A stretch of 64,000 nucleotides of DNA, taken from IMG/VR virus record IMGVR_UViG_3300045988_142718; one strand, 5' to 3'. The position numbers were made by a program, and so were the translations under genes. Origin of the DNA: a virus. The notes beneath the pieces are model-generated. The model saw only the letters and a program-made list of their open reading frames with translations. It had not been told where the DNA came from and did not search any database. Positions 37,976 through 48,288 of the stretch are shown one piece after another. Positions within the stretch are counted from its first letter, which is position 1; each line of letters opens with the position of its first letter.

Positions 37976-38557
37976 ATGAAAAAGAGAGATATTATTATAG
38001 ATAAAGGTATATCTGGTGCTTACTATGCTGATAAGTTTTTACCAGATAACCTACCTGGCTACCCCGGTTATCATATATCCAAGTTCGGCAAAGTTTATAG
38101 TCGATGGGATATCAATGGTAAAGGGGTACTGAGGGTTCGATGGCATTTAAAAAGGCCTCAACCTAACCGGTTAGGTAGGCTATTAGTAGGTATTACGAAT
38201 GGAAAGAAAACTAAGAAATTTCAAGTACATCGATTAGTAGCAATGGTATACATTCCAAATCCCAATAATTATCCAAATGTTTGCCATAAAGATAACAATC
38301 CCCAAAATAATCGTGCAAGTAATCTATATTGGGGAACTCAAAAAATGAACATGAACCAGGCATCACTGGAGGGTAGGATGGTATCCAAGGTAAAGGGGTT
38401 ACCAAAGAAACTTTCTGATTTACAGATCAGTTATATACCAAAATTATTTGAGAGAGGGTTTTCATATAGAGATATCTCTTATATTTTTAACAGAGAAGCT
38501 TCTACTGCTACAATTAAGAGGTGGCATTTTTTGTATATTAAAAAATATGGATTATGA
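37976..38557 (+). mobile_element. Free-standing HNH homing endonuclease gene
   Basis: GYHISKFGKVYS...VHRLVAMVYIPNP...CHKDNNPQNNRASNLYWGTQKMN is HNH_3/NUMOD-type. The gene is inserted between recA and the FEN gene. Confidence 0.85.
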
Positions 38558-39474
38558 TAAAAAGTGAAGACCGGTTGTTATTGGTGGATGGGAATAATGT
38601 TATTTTGAGAGCTTACTTTTCCATGAAGAATAAAGGGTTCTCAAACGGTAAGATTCCAACGGGTGCAGTATATGGGTTCTTTAAAATCCTATACTCAAAC
38701 ATTGTAAGGTTTAAAATCACTTCAGTAGTAGTATGTTTCGACTGTCATAGGTCTAAACTAAGGACTGATATGTACCCAGAGTATAAAGCTCATAGAAAAA
38801 GGATTTCAGAAGATTGGGATCAGATTTTCAAGGTACAGTTTCCCATTATTAAACGTATCTTAAGGAACTTAGGAATTGTTTATGTATGGGATAACAAAAG
38901 GATCAATGAAATGGAAAGTGATGATTATCTTGCATTGCTTTATCAAAAGAATTGCTTATCTCAAGTATACCTATTATCATCAGATGAAGATTTTGTTCAA
39001 CTTCTAGCATTTCCAAATATCAAATTGATAAATCCTTCTAAAGATATGCTAGTAACACCTAAAAATTGTAAAGATGTATATGGGTATACACCAGAACAAG
39101 CAGTGGATATGAAAATCCTATGTGGAGACACATCTGATAACATTTCAGGAATAAAAGGGGTAGGTCCTAAAACTGCTTTAAAATTCTTAGAAGAGTATGG
39201 AAGTATAAGGGAGTTCTTAAAATCTGATCATGGAGATAAGAAATTCCCTAAATCAGAATTAGAACCAATATTCAAACGAAACCAACTGTTGATAGATCTG
39301 TTCTATTATCTAACAAAGGTTAATCCAGAAGTAATCCCATATCATGATAAAAAACATGCAATGGATAAGATTACCTTAAATGAGATATTTGAGAAATATC
39401 AACTCAAATCTTTCATGTCATCAGAATTTATGAAACCATTCAAACAATTAAAAACTTACAAATATGAAGAATAA
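38554..39474 (+). CDS. 5'-3' exonuclease / flap endonuclease (T4 RNase H, T5 D15-like)
   Basis: LLVDGNNVILRAYF at the PIN-like N-terminus and GDTSDNISGIKGVGPKTALKFLEEYGS as the H3TH motif. Confidence 0.85.
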   Translation: MIKSEDRLLLVDGNNVILRAYFSMKNKGFSNGKIPTGAVYGFFKILYSNIVRFKITSVVVCFDCHRSKLRTDMYPEYKAHRKRISEDWDQIFKVQFPIIKRILRNLGIVYVWDNKRINEMESDDYLALLYQKNCLSQVYLLSSDEDFVQLLAFPNIKLINPSKDMLVTPKNCKDVYGYTPEQAVDMKILCGDTSDNISGIKGVGPKTALKFLEEYGSIREFLKSDHGDKKFPKSELEPIFKRNQLLIDLFYYLTKVNPEVIPYHDKKHAMDKITLNEIFEKYQLKSFMSSEFMKPFKQLKTYKYEE

Positions 39475-40174
39475 GAGGATAGTAATCTGTGGTGCAAGTG
39501 GGGTTGGCAAATCAACCATAGCCAGAGCTATTTCAGAGGAGTTTGGAATTAAATATGTTTCTGGGAGTTTATATGATTTAATGCCCAATCTCCCAAAAAA
39601 TCATTATGATTTAAATACCAAGTATGATACCAATGAAAAACACAAAAGGAATTTCCAAATCCTAAACCTAAGGTATCATCAGTATATGGAATTAGAAGGT
39701 AGCTTTGTTACAGATCGTAGTCTGTATGATACTGCGGGTTATGAGATCCAAGAAAATTCCATGGGACTCCCAACCTGTGAAACACATGATTTTATCGAAA
39801 AGATAAATGCTATCAATTATGATCTTATGTTAAAGGAAAAAGAGATAACTCATATTATCTTCATTCCTTACAAAAGAGCTCAATTTGAAAGATGGGAATT
39901 CGAAAACGATGGCAAACGTATTACCAATAAATACTTCCAATACATGGTAAGTGCTTGTCAAACTTTGGTATTCAATGTCATTGGAGTAGAGCAATCTTTT
40001 GGCCAGCTTATCAGAAACATATTCAGTAAAAACAAGGTTGGTACTTTATTTGTACATGATACCGACTGGGAAGTAGAAGACGGATATGATCCAATCGATG
40101 GGATTAAATTCTTAGAATTAAATGAGATGGATCATAATAAACGAATGAAAGCAATTAGAAAGTTTTTAAAATGA
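39464..40174 (+). CDS. P-loop nucleotide kinase (dNMP kinase-like)
   Basis: Walker A in IVICGASGVGKSTIARAI. The size is typical of a small kinase. The substrate cannot be read from the sequence. Confidence 0.5.
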   Translation: MKNKRIVICGASGVGKSTIARAISEEFGIKYVSGSLYDLMPNLPKNHYDLNTKYDTNEKHKRNFQILNLRYHQYMELEGSFVTDRSLYDTAGYEIQENSMGLPTCETHDFIEKINAINYDLMLKEKEITHIIFIPYKRAQFERWEFENDGKRITNKYFQYMVSACQTLVFNVIGVEQSFGQLIRNIFSKNKVGTLFVHDTDWEVEDGYDPIDGIKFLELNEMDHNKRMKAIRKFLK

Positions 40175-41151
40175 AAAAGGAAGTTATAGCATTAGCTTTC
40201 TCGGATATTCATCTAAATAATTGGACCAAGTTCAATCAAAATGGGAGTCGAACAGATTCCCATTTTTTGATTTTAGACAAAATTTTCAGAGAAGCAATAA
40301 AACAAAAGATCCCAGTTTTCTTTTGCGGTGATTTAGTACATACTCCAGAAACAATCAATATGGAGTTATATATTAAGATGTCCAAGTATTTCGATAAATA
40401 TTCAAATGAGCCAAAGCTTCAAGTATTTGGAATCTCTGGTAATCATGAAATACCAAATTTGAACACATATGATCAAAGGTCAGATTCTTTCTTAACAGCT
40501 CTTGATCTTCAATATCATTGGTTTCATTGTATGGATTGGAAAACTATCCAGTGGCCAACATTTGCATTGCATGGCATACCATATCTGGATCATAATGTTG
40601 GTTTAAAGCAAGCATTAAAAGAAACAAAAGTAATTAAGGGTAAAAAGAATATCCTATTACTACATACTGATTATGCTGGAGCCCGAGATACAGATGGTAG
40701 AGAAGTTGGTTCTGTAGAAAACTTCGATAGAACATTACTCAGAAAGTTCGATTTGGTATTATGTGGACACATACATAAATTTCAGAAATTAGAGAAACAT
40801 GTATACATGGTTGGAGCACCTTTACAACAAAGGTTCACAGATGAAGGAAACAAAATGGGTTATCTTAAGATTTATTCTGATATGTCCATTGAGTTTGTTC
40901 ATATTAAAGGATTGCCTAAGTTTAAGACAGTGGGCAGTGTGGAGGAAATTAAAGAGGACGGAAATTATTATAGAGTTCTCAAACCTAAGGCCTCTAATGA
41001 TGAGTTCAGCTCAGAAAGCAAGGTTATACAGAAAAACTATTCGAAAGTTAAAGCAGGTAGACGATATCTTCGAATACAAGGTATCAAAGATCCTGAAAAG
41101 AAGAGACTTCTTATTGAAATACTTGAAAAGGCAGAGGAGGAAGAAGTATGA
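40171..41151 (+). CDS. Mre11/SbcD-like nuclease (gp47-like)
   Basis: Calcineurin-type phosphoesterase motifs SDIHLN, CGDLVH, SGNHE, LLLHTD and CGHIH. Confidence 0.85.
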   Translation: MKKEVIALAFSDIHLNNWTKFNQNGSRTDSHFLILDKIFREAIKQKIPVFFCGDLVHTPETINMELYIKMSKYFDKYSNEPKLQVFGISGNHEIPNLNTYDQRSDSFLTALDLQYHWFHCMDWKTIQWPTFALHGIPYLDHNVGLKQALKETKVIKGKKNILLLHTDYAGARDTDGREVGSVENFDRTLLRKFDLVLCGHIHKFQKLEKHVYMVGAPLQQRFTDEGNKMGYLKIYSDMSIEFVHIKGLPKFKTVGSVEEIKEDGNYYRVLKPKASNDEFSSESKVIQKNYSKVKAGRRYLRIQGIKDPEKKRLLIEILEKAEEEEV

Positions 41152-42869
41152 TTAAATTCATGAATATGGAGATAAAAGGATTCTGTTCTATTCAGGATCT
41201 TAGTATAACATTGGGTACAGAAGGAATCCATCTGGTTAAAGGAAATACGGGTTCGGGGAAAAGCACCTTCTTGAATGCTATCAGTTGGTGTTTATATGGT
41301 AAAACATTAAAAAACATAAAAGATGTAAATACCTTAGAATCCTGGAGACCCAATGATTATAAGGGTACAATGGTAAAAATCTTTTTTGAGAAAGATGGCT
41401 CAATACATCAGATAATACGATGTCAAGAATATAAAGGTAAAGTAGAAGAGGCTAAAGGAGGAAACAGATTACTCTATCTAATCGATGGAGCCCAAGTAAA
41501 AGAAAAATCCAAACCAAAGATTCAAGAACTTATCGAAAAAGATTTGGGTAGTAGCTTTAGGCTTTTCAAAAACACAATCACATTCGGTCAAAGACTCCAG
41601 CGTATAGCTGAATCATCTGGTCCTGATAAAAAGGCTTTGTTCGAAGAAGCTTTCGAAATAGGTTATATTACTGTAGCAAAGAACATTGCTATGGTAATGA
41701 AAAAAGAAACACAACAGAAATATGATGAAGCATACTATCGAGTTAAATCCATAACTGAAAGATATGAAGATGCAAGAAAAAGTTATGAAAAATTCCGAGA
41801 TAGTGAAAGGAATTATAAAAAGATCTTCAGAGAACAGGTTGATCAGATCGAAAATAAAATTACATTGAGACATGAGAAACTTGTTAGATTGGAGAAAAAG
41901 TTCGATGAAAACCTGCTAACTAAGCGCTTAAAAAATTTGGAGCATCTTAAGAGAGAGTTAACCAAACTTAAAAAAGAAGAACTTAATACCAATCAACAAC
42001 TAACCAAAATCACAAGTAAAAAAGGGGTCCTGGAATTTATTGAATCCATCATGGGTTTATTACAGAAAGGGAAATACAAGGTTGCATATAATGACCTTAA
42101 AACCTTATCCTCACATTTCAAATCATCGGAAGAGATTAAGGATAAAAAATTTAAGACCCAGTCAAAAATCTACGATGTAGAATCTTTTTGTAGAGAACAA
42201 GAAGATATTAAAGATGATATTACTACTTTAAAGGGTGAAATTACTAACCTGATAAAAGAAAAGGGAAACTTAAGATTAGAGAGAATAAACATAATCTCAC
42301 CTCAGTATCGAAAACAGAGAAAGGAATTAAAAGCTAAGTTAGAAAAACATCGTAAAAATTGTGAAAATCAGAAAAAGGCATTAGAAAACCTAAATTGGGT
42401 AATCAATGACCCATTAAGTAATTCTGGGATGAAAACTTTTATTTTCGATGCTTCATTAAAATCCTTGAACGATTGTTTGGATGATTACAGTAGTATAATC
42501 GGATTTAATATAAAGTTCACAGTAAACACAGAATCATCAAAAAGGGATTTTGTAACCTTAATCGATAAAGATGGCCAATTGCTTCAATACGAAGAATTAT
42601 CCGGAGGTGAACAACAATTGGTAAATGTGGCTATGGCATTTGCATTACACTCTATCACAAGCGTATCATTGGGAATAAATTTACTTTTCTTGGATGAACT
42701 TTTCGAAAACTTAGATAAGGCAAATATCGAAATCGTAATGGACTTAGTGAAATATATAGGTAATGGGAAAAGCATTTATATAATCACTCACCAAGAGAAT
42801 TTTTCAATCTCAGGTTCTAATACGATTAAGGTAAAAAAAGACAATGGTATTACCACTATAATCCCATAA
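41148..42869 (+). CDS. Rad50/SbcC-like ATPase (gp46-like)
   Basis: Walker A GNTGSGKST, a long central coiled coil, signature LSGGEQQL and Walker B LLFLDE. Confidence 0.85.
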   Translation: MIKFMNMEIKGFCSIQDLSITLGTEGIHLVKGNTGSGKSTFLNAISWCLYGKTLKNIKDVNTLESWRPNDYKGTMVKIFFEKDGSIHQIIRCQEYKGKVEEAKGGNRLLYLIDGAQVKEKSKPKIQELIEKDLGSSFRLFKNTITFGQRLQRIAESSGPDKKALFEEAFEIGYITVAKNIAMVMKKETQQKYDEAYYRVKSITERYEDARKSYEKFRDSERNYKKIFREQVDQIENKITLRHEKLVRLEKKFDENLLTKRLKNLEHLKRELTKLKKEELNTNQQLTKITSKKGVLEFIESIMGLLQKGKYKVAYNDLKTLSSHFKSSEEIKDKKFKTQSKIYDVESFCREQEDIKDDITTLKGEITNLIKEKGNLRLERINIISPQYRKQRKELKAKLEKHRKNCENQKKALENLNWVINDPLSNSGMKTFIFDASLKSLNDCLDDYSSIIGFNIKFTVNTESSKRDFVTLIDKDGQLLQYEELSGGEQQLVNVAMAFALHSITSVSLGINLLFLDELFENLDKANIEIVMDLVKYIGNGKSIYIITHQENFSISGSNTIKVKKDNGITTIIP

Positions 42870-42889
42870 TACTTAAAATTCAATACCAA

Positions 42890-43402
42890 ATGTCAGTGAA
42901 CAGTAAAAATAAAGGATCCAAAGCTGAAAGGGAACTTGCTAAGGTATGGGAAAGATGGACTGGCTATAAATTTTCTCGAACTCCCATGTCAGGAGGTTGG
43001 GCTAAATCTATCGAATCTTTTGGAGATTTAACCTGTACTGATCCGAAACATAGCCACAAATTCCCTTTCAGTGTTGAATGTAAATCCTATAAGGGTATAA
43101 CATTCAATGATATTCTAAAAGGTACAAAATCCGATGTACTTAGGTTTTGGGAACAAGCCTCATATGATGCTAACCGATGTAATAAAATCCCATTATTATT
43201 TATGAGAGAGAATGGGATGGCAAAGCAAACCTATTTTTTAGTATGCGATGTAAAAGTGGGAAAGCTAATCGTAGATTTATCCAAGAAAAGCTTAGACATG
43301 ATTGCTTTGAGCTGTTCATTGGGGGATCTACTGGTGTTCAATTCAAACGACTTAACGGCGATTCCCTATAATGAATTCTATAAAGCAGTAAGGAAATTAT
43401 GA
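42890..43402 (+). CDS. PD-(D/E)xK nuclease, Hjc-like Holliday junction resolvase candidate
   Basis: NKGSKAERELAKVWERWTGY...GDLTC...FSVECKS fits the KGxxxERE...D...ExK layout. Confidence 0.6.
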   Translation: MSVNSKNKGSKAERELAKVWERWTGYKFSRTPMSGGWAKSIESFGDLTCTDPKHSHKFPFSVECKSYKGITFNDILKGTKSDVLRFWEQASYDANRCNKIPLLFMRENGMAKQTYFLVCDVKVGKLIVDLSKKSLDMIALSCSLGDLLVFNSNDLTAIPYNEFYKAVRKL

Positions 43403-44115
43403 AAAAAAGAGAATATGTATGGTGTATATGCCATATAGATAATAAACTTTATGGTTCAATCGAAGCTGAGCTTAAAAAAGCAAAATATGATGATATCAAA
43501 GTATACATTCCAACACTTTCAATATTAAAAAAACGAAGTAAAGGAAAAGATATCTATGAGGATGTACCCATGCTATTCTCTTATGGCTTTATCAGAATGA
43601 GAAAAGAAAAAGCATTCTCAAGGGTATTCCTACATCGATTAAAAAAGGTGATCCCAGGAATCCATTCTTGGGTAAAGTCTCCAGAGACAATGCACCCAAG
43701 GAAAATAAAAGCTCGGATTCAAAATGCCGAAGATTGGGATGACTTCTCTATTGTAGCAACAGTATCCAGAAAAGAAATCAGAAGATTAAAAAGACTCTCC
43801 AAAGAAAACAAGGTTTATTCTAAGTATGATATTGCCCAATTAACAGTGGGAAGTTATATCGTATTAAGAGGGTATCCTTTTGATGGTGTTCAAGCAACAG
43901 TATTAGAGATAAACCTTAACACACAAAATGTAAAGGTAAAATTATTCCCAAATGGGGGTGAAATCGAAATATGGTTACCTTTTGAGAATGTTCTTTACAG
44001 TACATACTTGGATTATGATCCAGATAAATTAGCTTATGATCATGCCGAGGATAATATTAGCAATTCTTATAAATTAACTACAACACAAGAAGAGGACTCA
44101 TTATGGATGGATTAG
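43399..44115 (+). CDS. NusG/UpxY-like transcription elongation factor
   Basis: NGN-like WCICHIDNKLYGSIEAELKK...VYIPTL...VPMLFSYGFIRM. KOW-like LTVGSYIVLRGYPFDGVQATVLEINLNTQNVKVKL. Confidence 0.6.
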   Translation: MKKREYVWCICHIDNKLYGSIEAELKKAKYDDIKVYIPTLSILKKRSKGKDIYEDVPMLFSYGFIRMRKEKAFSRVFLHRLKKVIPGIHSWVKSPETMHPRKIKARIQNAEDWDDFSIVATVSRKEIRRLKRLSKENKVYSKYDIAQLTVGSYIVLRGYPFDGVQATVLEINLNTQNVKVKLFPNGGEIEIWLPFENVLYSTYLDYDPDKLAYDHAEDNISNSYKLTTTQEEDSLWMD

Positions 44116-45089
44116 TAGATAACAAAGCATGGAATTGTCTTACTAAAGAAGAACAACAATCCTTATCTCTTTCAATTTCCTATGGTAAATCCTCCTGGGA
44201 AGTTGGAGAGATAATGGGAATCGTACATTACAAGTACTTGGAATTAAAAGAAAGATCAGAAAGGCTTTTCAGATTGTTTCATGATTTTTTCGAACTTCAT
44301 GATAACATCTTTAAGCCTGTTCGTTGTGTTGATCAAAGATTTGTAGATTATATAGAAGCTTGTATAGAACGAAGAGTTACAAGAAAACAAGCTTCTGACC
44401 CTTTTGGAGATGCTGCAATGTATGTGGCTCCAATTAAAACTCAATTCCTAATAAAACAGATGGCTCTATTAAAAGAGTCTACCGATCCATGGGATATCGA
44501 TACATATAAACTTATCATGGAATTCGATAGATGGAATAATTGGAGAATCCTTCCAAGGAAAATTCAACAGCCATCTGCATATAAAAGAAGGAATAATCGA
44601 AGAGATATCTTTTATATCAAATACATCTGTAGCTTGGATTCTGAGCAAGTTCAAAATCTCATAGATCAATATTGGTATTCAAGGAAGAAACAATGTTATT
44701 ACTTTGTTGTATTCGATTATGATAGGTTCGATGATGGGTATCAGATAGTACCTGTAAAAAAACGAGACAGTACTTTAGAGAAGCTATCTAAACTTTATAT
44801 CTATGTATTTGATGATAAAGACATGGCTGATGTATATGGCTACTTGGTAGTAGAATTCCAATATGGGAATAAGACTGCAAAGAAAGGTCAAGCGTTCTGG
44901 CCAAATTATCGTCAAACAATCGAAAAAGCAGTAAACTACAACAGTGTAAACAATCTAGATTTTTATGCTGAGAAATTAGATTATGCTTATCAGAATAATG
45001 ATAAACAGAAGTTACTGAATTTCGAAAAGAGAGAAAAGAAAAAACGTAAAGGATTACAAAGAGCTAACGAAAACTCATTTTACATATGA
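44103..45089 (+). CDS. Hypothetical protein with N-terminal sigma region 4/LuxR-like HTH
   Basis: LTKEEQQSLSLSISYGKSSWEVGEIMGIVHYKYLELKERSERLF fits LTxxExxxxxLxxxGxSxxEIaxxxgIsxxxV. Confidence 0.4.
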   Translation: MDGLVDNKAWNCLTKEEQQSLSLSISYGKSSWEVGEIMGIVHYKYLELKERSERLFRLFHDFFELHDNIFKPVRCVDQRFVDYIEACIERRVTRKQASDPFGDAAMYVAPIKTQFLIKQMALLKESTDPWDIDTYKLIMEFDRWNNWRILPRKIQQPSAYKRRNNRRDIFYIKYICSLDSEQVQNLIDQYWYSRKKQCYYFVVFDYDRFDDGYQIVPVKKRDSTLEKLSKLYIYVFDDKDMADVYGYLVVEFQYGNKTAKKGQAFWPNYRQTIEKAVNYNSVNNLDFYAEKLDYAYQNNDKQKLLNFEKREKKKRKGLQRANENSFYI

Positions 45090-46189
45090 AAGCATTAGAA
45101 GAAAAGTACAAAGATTACAGAGATTTGTATTACAAATACTTTGTATGGATGGGAGATGCTACAAAACCGGGAACTTACATTCCTTTATCCAGAGTAGACT
45201 TAGTAAACGGTTTAGGTGAAATTGGGGATGGTACCATTAATTTTGCCGAGCTCCTGACATTAGAACACCTTCTTAATAGAAAAGGTACAATGTATGCTAC
45301 TGCCTTTACAAGGTTAGTATATGCTGCCAAGAATTATTTCAAGGGTTCCTTTATTACTAACAAAACCTATGATGGCTTTTTTGTGAGGGATGATATTAAT
45401 CCATTAATGGCCGAAAAATTTAACCTTGAGTATATTGATTCGATGGCTTATAATTCATTGAAACTAACATCTTCAGAAGATCCTTGTTATTCACCTTTTG
45501 TTTCTCAAGATCAAGTATGGAACCTAATGTTGCCTATGTTCTTTACAGATTTTGGTTTACAGAACAGATTAAAATCAATCTTAGATTATATCATTGTAAA
45601 CAAGCATAAGGTATATAATCCCTATCTCTCTGAAATCTTACATTATTATACATTTTTACCTTCAATGAATGAAAAGAGGGTTAAACCCTGGGATAGGATT
45701 TATAACAGGATGAAACATTTCAAACCCAACATCAAGGTAAAAAGGGGAGCTAATAATTGGTATTTCTCTTATGGGTTTAGGGCAGTATACAATAAACTTG
45801 GTGGAGCTCAAGTTAAAACATTCTGGCATAAACTTTGGTACATTCCATTCATTTGGTCAGCCGATAGAGTATATCATCCATATATCTGTAAATGGTTTAA
45901 CATCAGAGTAAAGAGAACTTCTTATTATTCGATGGGATTATTTGCTTGGTATAATAAAGGTTTCGAAAAGAGGTACATAAAGCAATTTAACAAAGCCTTA
46001 GAAAAGGGAGAATTCTTTGAACCTCAAATATTACCTTATATCTCAAAAGAACATCGAAAAAACATAAACTTCGAAAAGTTCAAAGAAGTAATGGAATCCT
46101 ATCCTGAATTGGATACCTCTAAACCAATTGACTCACCAGTACATTTCCTAATTTTGTATAATATTTTAAAGATGGATTATTGCATATAA
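45086..46189 (+). CDS. Hypothetical protein
   Basis: 367-aa ORF translationally coupled to the upstream gene. No motif recognised. Confidence 0.55.
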   Translation: MKALEEKYKDYRDLYYKYFVWMGDATKPGTYIPLSRVDLVNGLGEIGDGTINFAELLTLEHLLNRKGTMYATAFTRLVYAAKNYFKGSFITNKTYDGFFVRDDINPLMAEKFNLEYIDSMAYNSLKLTSSEDPCYSPFVSQDQVWNLMLPMFFTDFGLQNRLKSILDYIIVNKHKVYNPYLSEILHYYTFLPSMNEKRVKPWDRIYNRMKHFKPNIKVKRGANNWYFSYGFRAVYNKLGGAQVKTFWHKLWYIPFIWSADRVYHPYICKWFNIRVKRTSYYSMGLFAWYNKGFEKRYIKQFNKALEKGEFFEPQILPYISKEHRKNINFEKFKEVMESYPELDTSKPIDSPVHFLILYNILKMDYCI

Positions 46190-46202
46190 TATATAATATA
46201 TG

Positions 46203-46212
46203 TATATTTGCA
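46203..46212 (+). promoter_or_regulatory. -7 box TATATTTGCA
   Basis: 25 nt upstream of the ATG at 46238. Confidence 0.65.
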
Positions 46213-46237
46213 TCATAAATTAAAATTCAATAAAAAT

Positions 46238-46966
46238 ATGGCAACAGATAAAAAACAACAAAAACCAGCTCGGTATTGGCATTCAGAATTAAAATACCGA
46301 GACATTAAAAAAATGGCAATCGAAAGAGGGATGCCATTCCCCGAGGTGGTTTCTTCAGATTTTTATTCTCTGGTATCATTCATCGATTCTGAAAGGGCTC
46401 AAAAACCTAATCCAGATTTGGTATTACAATTTGATCTCTGGTTAGAAGGAATCTTAAAAGAAAGAGGTGCTGATTACTTAGTAAAACCCTCTCTCAGATT
46501 ATCATATGTATCTGATGAAATGAGAGAAGGATCTAAGGAAAAACCCGCTAAAGAGAAAAAGGTAAAAGAAAAGAAACCCCCAAGAGAAAGAGATTCTAAT
46601 AATCTTCTCAAGGGAACAAAAAAATCCTATACCTTTGAACTTGCAAAGAAAGGGTATTCATTGGATAGAATCAAACGAAGAGTATTAAAGAAATTCCCAG
46701 AAGCTTCTGAAAAATCCATCATTATCTGGTATAGACAAGCTTTGGGTATTAAACATATAGCTAAACCCAAAGAAGAAAGAAAACCCAGAGTAAAAAAGGA
46801 AAAGACTCCAGAACAGATTAAAGCTTCCAGATTAAGGGCTCGAGAAAGAAAGAAGGAAAGGGCATTATTAAGGAAGCAAGCTAATGAAAGAACAGAAGCT
46901 TACAGAGAGTCACTTAATAAAAAGAAACGAAATGGAAAAAGAAAGAAAAAAGCCAAAGCCATTTAA
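46238..46966 (+). CDS. Hypothetical Lys/Arg-rich protein
   Basis: The start is moved to the first ATG after the promoter box. The track start at 46208 is the TTG inside TATATTTGCA. Confidence 0.6.
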   Translation: MATDKKQQKPARYWHSELKYRDIKKMAIERGMPFPEVVSSDFYSLVSFIDSERAQKPNPDLVLQFDLWLEGILKERGADYLVKPSLRLSYVSDEMREGSKEKPAKEKKVKEKKPPRERDSNNLLKGTKKSYTFELAKKGYSLDRIKRRVLKKFPEASEKSIIIWYRQALGIKHIAKPKEERKPRVKKEKTPEQIKASRLRARERKKERALLRKQANERTEAYRESLNKKKRNGKRKKKAKAI

Positions 46967-47351
46967 AGTAAATGAGGATAGGATTTATGCAAATAAGTTC
47001 TATCCTTATTATTTTACAGAAGATTTAAGAGTAAACGTAGTACCAGTTAAATTCTATACTCGTTACCAAGCAAAGCTCACTTTAAAAGGGCAATTTGGAA
47101 AAGATTGGCATAAATATCTCAAAATTGCCACTGGAAGGATGATCCTTAGTAGAGGCTGGAAATTTGGAAAAAATTCGGTAATGATAGAAGGAAAACACCA
47201 TCAGATTAGAAGGTATTATATCCCTTTAGAATGGAATTATAACAAGAGAAAGAGAAAAGTCTTTAGAAGACTCATGGATAAAACTCTAAAGATTGGAAAA
47301 CGTTCTATGATTAATCAATTCTTAAAAACATATTACATGCAAACATTATGA
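46932..47351 (+). CDS. Hypothetical protein
   Basis: It overlaps the upstream gene. The alternative start is 46884. Confidence 0.45.
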   Translation: MEKERKKPKPFKVNEDRIYANKFYPYYFTEDLRVNVVPVKFYTRYQAKLTLKGQFGKDWHKYLKIATGRMILSRGWKFGKNSVMIEGKHHQIRRYYIPLEWNYNKRKRKVFRRLMDKTLKIGKRSMINQFLKTYYMQTL

Positions 47352-47953
47352 GAAGTAATCCTAAAATATCATCATTCAAAGATCCTTTATTTTTCGAAGG
47401 ATTATTGAAGTATCATGATGCTTCATATTTAAGGTGGAATCGATTAACGGATAAGCAACAAAGGCAATTCAAGGAATATAATTTATTGCCGGATCAATTG
47501 AATCTTGCTTTGAAAGTTTTACATCGATTAAAAACTGAATATCAAACCGAGAGTGTACCATTTGCAATAAACATCGTTTCATTGATCTATGATAAATACA
47601 ATGAATGGTTAACTACTCAAGATATCGAAAGAAAACATTTATCTGAAGACAGGGCTCATAAAGAACTTCTATTCAGAGGATTTGTTTTACTTGATAAATT
47701 TCATGTAAAACCTAAAAGGAGCTATGTGATGACTGCTTTCCCAGTTAAGGGTAAATTTTACATCCATCCTTTCGAAATGGGGAGTAACTATAGGATGACA
47801 AACGGGAAGAGGGAACTTCCTCATCTCTGGGATAACTTTATTAAAATCGGATTATCCGGGTATACCAGAGTTATCTACCCCGAAATGGAACATTTTCCCA
47901 ATCTCTCATCGAAACAATCGAACCAATTAAAAATTGATTGGGATATTGCATAA
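47348..47953 (+). CDS. Hypothetical protein
   Basis: 201-aa ORF with an ATGA-coupled start. Confidence 0.55.
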   Translation: MRSNPKISSFKDPLFFEGLLKYHDASYLRWNRLTDKQQRQFKEYNLLPDQLNLALKVLHRLKTEYQTESVPFAINIVSLIYDKYNEWLTTQDIERKHLSEDRAHKELLFRGFVLLDKFHVKPKRSYVMTAFPVKGKFYIHPFEMGSNYRMTNGKRELPHLWDNFIKIGLSGYTRVIYPEMEHFPNLSSKQSNQLKIDWDIA

Positions 47954-47968
47954 TAAATTTAATGTATA

Positions 47969-47978
47969 TATATTTGCA
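47969..47978 (+). promoter_or_regulatory. -7 box TATATTTGCA
   Basis: 24 nt upstream of the ATG at 48003. Confidence 0.65.
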
Positions 47979-48002
47979 TTGTCAAAATAAAAATAAAAAG
48001 AT

Positions 48003-48254
48003 ATGGAAACAAAAATAACATTACAAAAAAACATATTAACCCAGAATGCTATCAAGGTAGACGAAGTAACCTATCGCTGCAACTGGGCTAATGAAAAGAT
48101 TTTAGAAGATGAGAGAGAAGAAAAAACCTTCAATTCTCTTGAGGAACTAAAATCTTATGTTTCAACTTTCACTCCCCTGAATCAAAGATTATACAGGGAA
48201 GCTAAGAAAAAGAAACTTCCATATTATTTAATGAAACAACTCGAGAACAAATAA
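48003..48254 (+). CDS. Hypothetical protein
   Basis: A promoter box lies 24 nt upstream. Confidence 0.55.
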   Translation: METKITLQKNILTQNAIKVDEVTYRCNWANEKILEDEREEKTFNSLEELKSYVSTFTPLNQRLYREAKKKKLPYYLMKQLENK

Positions 48255-48288
48255 CTATCATTTATCAACAATTTAAAACATTACAATC

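Noticed and set aside
40799-41155. 118-aa + strand ORF overlapping the 3' half of the Mre11-like gene.
   Set aside because: It is an alternative frame of a gene whose phosphoesterase motifs continue through the region. Its Lys/Arg-rich translation is typical of out-of-frame AT-rich coding sequence.
46208-46237. ORF-track starts at TTG codons at 46208, 56598 and 61057, and also at 50705.
   Set aside because: Three of these TTGs are the TTTG of the TATATTTGCA promoter box. The one at 50705 lies inside a terminator hairpin. The first downstream ATG was used instead.
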